Assembly: GCA_944327405.1 (NCBI GenBank)
Contig: CALVHK010000001.1
Coordinates: 1 to 39,617 of the forward strand
Direction: 5' to 3'
Length of the DNA stretch: 39,617 bases
From: an uncultured Bacilli bacterium
GTDB lineage: Bacteria; Bacillota_I; Bacilli_A; RF39; UBA660
This document shows positions 8,567 to 15,645 of the stretch, in pieces (within the stretch, counting starts at the first letter, position 1; the number at the start of each line of letters is the position of its first letter). The notes under the pieces were generated by a model. It searched no databases. It had not been told where the DNA came from and saw only the letters and a program-made list of their open reading frames with translations. Made by a program: the position numbers and the translations under genes.

Positions 8567-9559
8567 TTATAACCAAACCCCGTATGTAATGGCAATCATG
8601 GCAAGTATTAATCCTGCAACCCAGAAATACCTTACAATGTCTTGCTCGTTCATACCTAGCACTTCAAAATGATGATGGAGAGGTGCTCTTTTAAATACTT
8701 TTTTATTAAATTTACGGATGGCAATAATTTGGATGAAACTACTAAGAGTTTCAACAACAAATACTCCACCGATTAAAGCTAGTGATAATTCATGTCTCGT
8801 AATAATCGCAATGGTTGCTAGAGCTGCTCCTAGTGATAACGATCCTAAATCGCCCATGAATAATTTGGCTGGATGTGAATTAAATACTAAGAATCCTAGT
8901 AAAGATCCAACTAAGAGAAAACAGAAAATGGCTACTTCTTGATACCCTTCCATCCATCCGGCATTCCAGGAAATAAGACCGAAGGCAAAAAATGCTATAG
9001 CAGAAAGTCCTCCAGCTAAGCCATCAAGTCCATCTGTAATATTTACTGCATTTGAGGTACCTACCAGTAAGAATAAAATAAATAAGCCAAACGTCCAACC
9101 AAGAGGAATGGTAATACCAAGACTTGATATGACTAAATCAGATTCTCCTCCGTTACTCATAAATATATAGAAGAAAATCAAAGCTATTACCATCTGAATT
9201 AATAGTTTAGAAACAATACTTAAGCCTTTATTATTATGAAATTTTATTTTTAAGAAATCATCTAAGAATCCTAAGGCGGCATATGCTAAAAAGACAAATA
9301 CTAATATAATTAAATTATGTGATATTTCAATACTATCATTAAAATATAAAAGTATTAAAGACACTATTACAGGTATTATAAATATCAACCCGCCCATAGT
9401 AGGTGTTCCTTCTTTTTTTAAATGCCTTTCTCCTATATAATGAGATACATATTGACCGATGTGAAATCGTTTTAAGATTGGTATTAATATTACTCCTGTA
9501 ATAATTGCTAAAATAAAACCTAAAAGAAGCGCCATCGCTGCTTTAGCAAGTATTAACAT
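8567..9559 (-). CDS. mraY: phospho-N-acetylmuramoyl-pentapeptide transferase
   Basis: 'GTPTMGG', 'NAVNITDGLDGLA' and 'APLHHHFE' motifs are present. Confidence 0.95.
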   Translation of the reverse strand: MLILAKAAMALLLGFILAIITGVILIPILKRFHIGQYVSHYIGERHLKKEGTPTMGGLIFIIPVIVSLILLYFNDSIEISHNLIILVFVFLAYAALGFLDDFLKIKFHNNKGLSIVSKLLIQMVIALIFFYIFMSNGGESDLVISSLGITIPLGWTFGLFILFLLVGTSNAVNITDGLDGLAGGLSAIAFFAFGLISWNAGWMEGYQEVAIFCFLLVGSLLGFLVFNSHPAKLFMGDLGSLSLGAALATIAIITRHELSLALIGGVFVVETLSSFIQIIAIRKFNKKVFKRAPLHHHFEVLGMNEQDIVRYFWVAGLILAMIAITYGVWL

Positions 9560-9645
9560 AACCCACCTCTTTCTTTAGAATTATTATACTACGAATATCT
9601 AAAAATATCTTTATTTAACTATTCATTTTACATTATATTTGACGA

Positions 9646-11550
9646 TTAACCTAAAAGAAGCATAATTGTTTCGCCTTCTGCCACATAATAGCCAGCACTA
9701 GGACTCATATAGATTACGGTATCCCCTGTTCCAGAATATTCAATTTTATAATTCTTTAAGGCTTTGGTTGCTTCTTCTTTCGTCAAGCCTACTACATTTG
9801 GTAGAATACTATATTTTTTGTCTAACCATGTGTATTCTTTGGCCATGCCATCTGTTCGGGGTTCAATATCCAAAATATCAATTGCCGATAATAATACATT
9901 TCGAGCTATTGGGGCTGATACTACTCCTCCATATTGGGTTACTCCCTTTGGATTGTCGATTGCTACATACACCACGATTTCGGGATCATCAGCAGGCATA
10001 AAGCCCATAAATGATAAAATATAATTTCCATCTAAATAAGATCCATTTTCCACTTTTTGAGCTGTTCCTGTTTTTCCTCCAACCCGAAAGTTTTCAATAT
10101 ATGCATTTTTTCCACTGCCGTTTGCTACGACACTTTCTAGAGCATACCTAACTAAGCTGCTCGTTTCTTCACTAATTACTTGCCTTGTTGCAACCGGTTC
10201 TATTTTTTCAATTAAACTATTTGTTTCGCTTTCTAGAAATGCCCCTACTATGTAAGGAGTGTAGAGTTTGCCACCATTAATGGAGGCAGATACAGCACGC
10301 ACTTGTTGGAGTGGTGTTACTGATATTCCTTGACCGAAACTGGTGGTAGCAAGTTCTACTGGCCCCATAGAGTCGATATCAAATAAAATACCTGAAGATT
10401 CCCCATTTAAATCAATACCTGTTTTAGAGCCAAAACCGTATGCTTCAATATAGCTCATAAGAGTTTCTACACCTAAAGTTTGGCCGATTTTAACGAATCC
10501 GGGATTACAGGAATTTTCTACTACTTCCAGCATTGTTTGGGTTCCATGGCCTCCTGATTTCCAGCAATGAATGGTGGATCCGTCCACATTAATGGAACCT
10601 GTATCTGTAAAAGTGTCTTCAAATAAATTGATTGTCTGTTCCTCTAGCGCTGCTGATAAAGTAATGATCTTAAAAGTTGAACCGGGTTCGTAAGTCATCC
10701 AAATTGGTAAATTACGATTAATTACTTCGGTAGCATAATCCCCATAACTGTTGCTGTTAAAATCAGGACGACTTGCCATGGCTAAAATCTCACCAGTGTC
10801 AGGATCCATAGCAATAATCAGTGCTTGTTCGGGATCATATTTGGCAACCGCATTATCCAGTTCATTTTCTATGGCTAATTGCAGTTCAATGTCTATGGTA
10901 AGCTCTAAAGTAATGCCACTGGTTGGAGCTTCGTAAACTTCTGTCAACTCTAGTTTATTCCCTTTTCCATCAGAAAAATACTTGATGGCACCATCCGCAC
11001 CGGTCAAATACTCATCATAATACAGCTCAATTCCCGACAATCCTTGATTATCAATACCAACATAACCCAAAACGTGTGATAAAACAGTTTCATAGGGATA
11101 ATATCTTTTGCTTTCCTTTAGTAAATACACTCCATCGTATCCTAAAGCATCGATTTTTTCTGCCACTTCATAATCAAGGCCTCTACCTTCGGGATGCACT
11201 CTTTCAATTGAGGTTGACTTGGTAACATGTTTCAGCATATCTTGATAATCAGACCCTAAAATGTCTGATAAATCTTTGGCAACAGCTTCGGGATCATCAA
11301 TTTGACCGGGAACAACAACTAAAGATACGGTTGTGATGTTCGTTGCTAAGATGACGCCGTTACGATCAACGATTTCCCCACGGTCTGCCTTTATAGGTAA
11401 CTCTCTACTCCAAAGGCTTTCCGCTAAATTGGATAATTTATCATAAGCAAATACTTGAATATAAAACACTTTTATAATAACTGCTATTAAAATAATAACG
11501 CTAAGCAAAAAGACAAACCTGATTCTTTCATGAATATTTGAAAAAAACAT
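9646..11550 (-). CDS. class B penicillin-binding protein (PBP2B/FtsI-like) with a C-terminal PASTA domain
   Basis: The STFK, SCN and KTGTA active-site triad is present, with a PASTA-like tail 'LPNVVGLTKEEA'. I chose the ATG at 11550 ('MFFSNIHERIRF', AAGGGTGA RBS) over the longer ORF-track start. Confidence 0.88.
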   Translation of the reverse strand: MFFSNIHERIRFVFLLSVIILIAVIIKVFYIQVFAYDKLSNLAESLWSRELPIKADRGEIVDRNGVILATNITTVSLVVVPGQIDDPEAVAKDLSDILGSDYQDMLKHVTKSTSIERVHPEGRGLDYEVAEKIDALGYDGVYLLKESKRYYPYETVLSHVLGYVGIDNQGLSGIELYYDEYLTGADGAIKYFSDGKGNKLELTEVYEAPTSGITLELTIDIELQLAIENELDNAVAKYDPEQALIIAMDPDTGEILAMASRPDFNSNSYGDYATEVINRNLPIWMTYEPGSTFKIITLSAALEEQTINLFEDTFTDTGSINVDGSTIHCWKSGGHGTQTMLEVVENSCNPGFVKIGQTLGVETLMSYIEAYGFGSKTGIDLNGESSGILFDIDSMGPVELATTSFGQGISVTPLQQVRAVSASINGGKLYTPYIVGAFLESETNSLIEKIEPVATRQVISEETSSLVRYALESVVANGSGKNAYIENFRVGGKTGTAQKVENGSYLDGNYILSFMGFMPADDPEIVVYVAIDNPKGVTQYGGVVSAPIARNVLLSAIDILDIEPRTDGMAKEYTWLDKKYSILPNVVGLTKEEATKALKNYKIEYSGTGDTVIYMSPSAGYYVAEGETIMLLLG

Positions 11551-11607
11551 AAGCTTCACCCTTAAAATTATATGCCAAAGCAAAAATGCTAGAAGCAAGT
11601 TCTAACA

Positions 11608-12912
11608 TTATTTATGAATGCAAAATACTGCATATAAAGGAACAGATTTAATATTATTTTCAAAGCCAAAGTTTTTAGAAGATATTCTAATACTATAAAC
11701 TGGATGATATTTGTTTATGTATTCATTAAGGCTTTTTGAATTTGTTCTTCTTCCACTTTTTACTTCTACAGGAATAATATTTCCATTAATTTTGATTAAA
11801 AAATCAATTTCATACCGTTCAAATTGATAATAATACAATTCTCTAAATTTAGTATAAAACTCGCAAGCAACATAGTTTTCGGTAAGAATACCTTTATACA
11901 TTTCATTTTTATCAAGAAGTATCTCACTATAATCTAAATTAGAAAGTGATCTTAAAAGTCCAACATCACTTAAATATAGTTTAAATTTATCTGGAGACGC
12001 AAAAGCTTTCAGCGGAGATTCACACTTTTCAGCTAGATCACATTTCAATATCATATTGCTTGCTAAAAGCCAATCTAGACTTGTTTCATATCTAATCTTT
12101 CTAGCATCTTTATCTACTATACTATACTTAAAAGTATTGTTTGGACGTGCAAGTTCTCTTGGAATAGCATTATAAATTTGGCTATTTTTAATTCCTTCGC
12201 TATTTAGAGTATACTTATTCATGTCTGCTAAATAGGCGGTAATAATTTGCTCTTGTAAAGAGAAATCAACATGAGATATATTACAATCATTACTAATAAA
12301 ATTGTTTACCAATGCTGGCATTCCCCCTAAAACAAGATATTTTTTGTATAAGTCTAGAGCTAATTCATGAATAGACTCAATTAGCTTTTCGTTTGTTTGA
12401 TAATGTTTTTTGATTTCCTCAATTAACATGTTTTTATTTAACGCCATTAAATATTCTTCAAAATCCATAGGATATAAATATTTAATGTTTACTTTACCTA
12501 CTGGAAATGAGGATTTAAATCGGTTTATCTTCACCCCTAATAAAGATCCTGCACATACTATCTTAAATGGTTTATCACTTTCACAAAAATATTTTAAAGA
12601 AGTAATTGCTCTTTCACTAACTTGTATCTCATCAAAAAATATAATCGTGTTTTCGGGATCAATAACGACATTTTTAATAATCTCTATTTTTTCAATAATA
12701 GAATCGGGATTGATTGTTTCTTCAAAAATGCTAGCGATTTCTTCTTCTTTATCTAAATTAAAATATAAATAATGTTCGAAATTGTTTTTACAAAATTCTT
12801 CCAATATATAAGTTTTTCCTGTTTGTCTTGCCCCTATTAACATCAGGGGCATCTTGAAGTTTTCTTTCCATAATTTTAAATCTTCTTCAATTTTTCTATA
12901 CATAGTAATCAC
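11608..12912 (-). CDS. AAA ATPase of the DUF4143 type with a PD-(D/E)xK-like C-terminal module
   Basis: Walker A is 'GARQTGKT' and Walker B is 'IIFFDEIQ'. The C-terminus 'YEIDFLIK...IPVEVKSGRR' looks like a D...E-x-K nuclease-fold motif. Confidence 0.75.
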   Translation of the reverse strand: MITMYRKIEEDLKLWKENFKMPLMLIGARQTGKTYILEEFCKNNFEHYLYFNLDKEEEIASIFEETINPDSIIEKIEIIKNVVIDPENTIIFFDEIQVSERAITSLKYFCESDKPFKIVCAGSLLGVKINRFKSSFPVGKVNIKYLYPMDFEEYLMALNKNMLIEEIKKHYQTNEKLIESIHELALDLYKKYLVLGGMPALVNNFISNDCNISHVDFSLQEQIITAYLADMNKYTLNSEGIKNSQIYNAIPRELARPNNTFKYSIVDKDARKIRYETSLDWLLASNMILKCDLAEKCESPLKAFASPDKFKLYLSDVGLLRSLSNLDYSEILLDKNEMYKGILTENYVACEFYTKFRELYYYQFERYEIDFLIKINGNIIPVEVKSGRRTNSKSLNEYINKYHPVYSIRISSKNFGFENNIKSVPLYAVFCIHK

Positions 12913-12933
12913 CCTTTAGAATATTTTAACACA

Positions 12934-12989
12934 TTTTCGTACAAAACGCACGTATTTTTTTTGATTTTTTCGTGCAATTTGTACGAAAA
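12934..12989 (-). promoter_or_regulatory. long inverted repeat (19-nt arms, 2 mismatches, 18-nt A/T loop) upstream of the ATPase gene
   Basis: TTTTCGTACAAAACGCACG (12934-12952) pairs with CGTGCAATTTGTACGAAAA (12971-12989). A TGtTAAAAT extended -10-like element follows on the minus strand. Confidence 0.4.
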
Positions 12990-13022
12990 AAGTTTTTTTA
13001 AGAAAAGCATTAGAAACAAATT

Positions 13023-13592
13023 CTAACGTTGATAAGTATCTTCAAAAACTAATAATGCTTTTTTTACAAAATAATTATCTGATCTAATTGGTAAATCCAA
13101 GCTTTTCAGTTCCTTAATCATTTCGTTTATATCTTTGTTACTATGGCATTCATACTCGATAAAAATATATTTATCATTTACGAGTTGAATGCATAATTCC
13201 ATATGATTATTGGTATAAATGATACATGAATCGTGGATATTTATTAATTCTTTATAGTGAATGAATGTCATAAAAAGGTATGCATCTTTTTCGTTTTCTA
13301 TTTTACACTGTACTTTCCCCTGCTCTAGAATATCGCCATTAGATGCAAACTTTTTATATTTATATACAAGTTTTCTTTCTACATGATTTTCTTCTGTAAC
13401 TTTTCTAATTAGTACACAATTTTGCAATAATTCTAACTCAGGAGTTGCGAAAATATCTATACTGGTGGGTATCATGTAAATATCGTCAATATTATATTTT
13501 TCCTTTACTAAAAAGCCTTTTTCTAATAGGATTTGATGTAATTTGGGGTAAGTAGTATCTACTAAAACGCTAAGCTCTTTTTCTAGCTTCAT
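13023..13592 (-). CDS. CYTH-like (class IV adenylate cyclase / triphosphate tunnel) domain protein, possibly degenerate
   Basis: 189 aa. The strand motifs occur in CYTH order: 'LEKEL', 'IDDIY', 'VLIRKV', 'LVYKYKK', 'CKIENE', 'IFIEYE'. The canonical ExExK lysine is not conserved. The assignment rests on pattern only. Confidence 0.45.
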   Translation of the reverse strand: MKLEKELSVLVDTTYPKLHQILLEKGFLVKEKYNIDDIYMIPTSIDIFATPELELLQNCVLIRKVTEENHVERKLVYKYKKFASNGDILEQGKVQCKIENEKDAYLFMTFIHYKELINIHDSCIIYTNNHMELCIQLVNDKYIFIEYECHSNKDINEMIKELKSLDLPIRSDNYFVKKALLVFEDTYQR

Positions 13593-13593
13593 A

Positions 13594-13989
13594 TTAACTG
13601 ATTTTCGCTTTCATCATAGTTTTATAAACTTTTTTCAATACTTCTTTTTTATCATGATTCATATCAATGAAGTTGACATGCAATTGGTAGCCACTGTCAA
13701 AGCTAAATAACAACTCTACTTTGCCGGGCTTAAAGTTAATCGCGCTAGTAGAAATGGATACATATGGGATTATATGAATCTTTTTGTAGTAGACTGCTAG
13801 AGTATCTCGATCAAACAAAATCATTTTCTTATCCGTAAATACGACATAATCTTTACTATTTTTATAACCAATTAAAATAGTCTCGTTATCTTCAACATAC
13901 TCTTTTGTATAATCCGGTAGTTTGTCTTCATAAACTTCAGTCTTAAAATCAAAATATTTTGATAGTTCTTTAAACTTAATATACGCCAT
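13594..13989 (-). CDS. small bacterial PH (bPH) domain protein
   Basis: 131 aa. 'DYVVFTDKKMILFD...IHIIPYVSIS' matches the FTxKRxIxxD...IPYxSI signature of soluble bPH proteins. An AGGAAG RBS is present. The stop is 1 nt from the next ATG. Confidence 0.65.
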   Translation of the reverse strand: MAYIKFKELSKYFDFKTEVYEDKLPDYTKEYVEDNETILIGYKNSKDYVVFTDKKMILFDRDTLAVYYKKIHIIPYVSISTSAINFKPGKVELLFSFDSGYQLHVNFIDMNHDKKEVLKKVYKTMMKAKIS

Positions 13990-14013
13990 AATAACACTTC
14001 CTAACTTAATTAC

Positions 14014-14022
14014 AGTATATCA
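14014..14022 (-). promoter_or_regulatory. extended -10 promoter element for the bPH-CYTH pair
   Basis: Minus strand TGaTATACT lies about 25 nt upstream of the bPH start. Confidence 0.4.
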
Positions 14023-14035
14023 TACTTTAGAAAAG

Positions 14036-14070
14036 AAAAAAAGAATATATTTCAATTCTTTTTTAAAATC
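14036..14070 (-). repeat. direct-repeat copy B (A/T hairpin terminator) immediately after abiEii
   Basis: AAAAAAAGAATATATTTCAATTCTTTTTTAAAATC is near-identical to 15609-15642. It forms the hairpin AAAAAGAAT/ATTCTTTTT followed by a T run on the minus strand. Confidence 0.7.
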
Positions 14071-14905
14071 AATTTATTAAGATATTTAGAACTTCTTTTA
14101 TAGCACAAATAACATCTTCGTAATTAATATCTTTTGCATAAGCATTTTTCGTTCGATAGACTATCCATCTTTCTTTCATATTAAGATCTAATTCAAGCTC
14201 TCTTATTACTATGCTAAATTCATTTAAATCAAGATTTGTTTTACGAATGTTAAAAGTATTGTATACTGCTCGCTTTAGTTTGCGTTTATCTAGCTCTTTT
14301 ATTTTTCGATTCATTAAAATATATATATCATAATAGTCTTTTAACCTTGTATTCAAAGTTCCATTACATATAATGGCATGGATTTTTTCTGCTAAAATGC
14401 TTTCTATATTATATGCCATAATAAGTGTCTTGCTATCATCAAAAATGGATTTATAATAGTATTTTATTTCTCTTGGTGTAATTATATCTCCTGCTGTGAT
14501 GTCTATAGAAAGATAGGTTTTATTGTTTTCTAATTTAGCTAAAATATTTACTTTAAAGCCTTGATATTCTTTAGTTAAAGCGATCTTTTTAACTGATATA
14601 ACTTCAAATACAACTCCATCTTTTATATCTATACTTAATATTTCAGCAAATATTTTTTGCACTACTCTTTGCGTTAGAGGAATACCCTTTAATGTCACAT
14701 CCATATCTTTAGTAGTTCTTTCATCATCACCAATGATAGAAGTAAGCAATAATCCTCCTTTTAAAATAATTTGTCCCTGATATTTACTTTTGGATATTCT
14801 ATCTAAAATACGTTCAAAATAAAATAACTGAAAATAATGTTGCGATTTATCACTATTTCCTAATGATTTTTTAGAAACTAAACTTTTTAATTTAGTATAA
14901 TTCAC
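14069..14905 (-). CDS. abiEii: AbiEii/AbiGii family nucleotidyltransferase toxin (type IV TA)
   Basis: 'ILKGGLLL...ERTTKDMDV' is an NTase motif typical of AbiEii. A GTG start directly abuts the abiEi stop codon. Confidence 0.85.
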   Translation of the reverse strand: MNYTKLKSLVSKKSLGNSDKSQHYFQLFYFERILDRISKSKYQGQIILKGGLLLTSIIGDDERTTKDMDVTLKGIPLTQRVVQKIFAEILSIDIKDGVVFEVISVKKIALTKEYQGFKVNILAKLENNKTYLSIDITAGDIITPREIKYYYKSIFDDSKTLIMAYNIESILAEKIHAIICNGTLNTRLKDYYDIYILMNRKIKELDKRKLKRAVYNTFNIRKTNLDLNEFSIVIRELELDLNMKERWIVYRTKNAYAKDINYEDVICAIKEVLNILIN

Positions 14906-15496
14906 TTATAATAAAATCTCCATATATTCTCTCACTTTTTTATCAACTCCTAACTTTTTTGCATATTTCATTAATTTATGTAAGTCTTTAGAATTCATTT
15001 TTGCATATTCTTGTAATGCTTTTGTAAAAATTTCTATATCTATCTTATTTTTATTTTTAATAATATCACAAATAGTTCTTTCAATATCATAAACTTTTAA
15101 CTTCATTCCAAAAGGTGATTCTAGTTCGATTACACCTAAATTAATATATTCCATTTTACTATAATGCAAATCTACATTTTCTTTGTTTTTATAGCAATTA
15201 CCATACCCATATGGTACAGTAACATCATAAATAAGGGGTGTTCTATCACTTAAGTTATGTAGATACAAAGCTGTAGCATGAGAAAAAACTGCTTTTTTAC
15301 ATTTTGATAAAACAACATAAAAATTATCAACATAGCCATTTGGTAATATATAATATCCACTCGATACTCGATATATTTTTTTTTCTTTTACTAGCGTACT
15401 AACATAATAATAATTAATTTGATTCTTTTTTAATTCCTTAGATGTTATGTAGCCTTTTTCTTGAACTAAATTTAATAACTGCTCTTTTTTAGTCAT
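14906..15496 (-). CDS. abiEi: AbiEi family antitoxin / transcriptional autorepressor
   Basis: The N-terminal winged-helix region 'GYITSKELKK...YRVSSGYYIL' is present. I chose the ATG at 15496 (GAGG RBS 8 nt upstream) over 15502. Confidence 0.85.
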   Translation of the reverse strand: MTKKEQLLNLVQEKGYITSKELKKNQINYYYVSTLVKEKKIYRVSSGYYILPNGYVDNFYVVLSKCKKAVFSHATALYLHNLSDRTPLIYDVTVPYGYGNCYKNKENVDLHYSKMEYINLGVIELESPFGMKLKVYDIERTICDIIKNKNKIDIEIFTKALQEYAKMNSKDLHKLMKYAKKLGVDKKVREYMEILL

Positions 15497-15550
15497 TCCC
15501 ATTACCTCAATAAAATACTATCATACATTTCATGATTAGTAAATACTTTT

Positions 15551-15596
15551 CTAATTATTATGCACAAAATTAATTAAAAATGTGCATAATAATTAG
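15551..15596 (-). promoter_or_regulatory. perfect 16-bp inverted repeat, candidate AbiEi operator
   Basis: CTAATTATTATGCACA (15551-15566), a 14-nt spacer and TGTGCATAATAATTAG (15581-15596). It lies 55-100 nt upstream of abiEi. Confidence 0.55.
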
Positions 15597-15608
15597 AGTT
15601 AAGCAAAT

Positions 15609-15642
15609 AAAAAAAGAATATATTTCAATTCCTTTTTTAATC
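15609..15642 (-). repeat. direct-repeat copy A (A/T hairpin terminator) immediately after the surface-protein gene
   Basis: AAAAAAAGAATATATTTCAATTCCTTTTTTAATC shares a 23-nt perfect core with 14036-14070. Confidence 0.7.
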
Positions 15643-15645
15643 GTA

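Noticed and set aside
11567-11600. Promoter for the PBP gene and terminator for the ATPase gene in the 57-bp gap
   Set aside because: A TATAAT box is present at 11567-11572, but I found no acceptable -35 or TG extension. The only hairpin is a 4-bp stem (TGCT/AGCA), which is too weak to call.
12410-12772. 120-aa plus-strand ORF
   Set aside because: It is an antisense shadow ORF inside the DUF4143 ATPase gene, with no translation signals. The same reasoning applies to all the other 60-114-aa plus-strand ORFs in the track.
11608-15642. Accessory island considered as a mobile element or prophage remnant
   Set aside because: The window contains no integrase, transposase, recombinase, tRNA attachment site or terminal inverted repeats. 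Only the 34-bp direct repeat around AbiE is present, so I do not call a mobile element.
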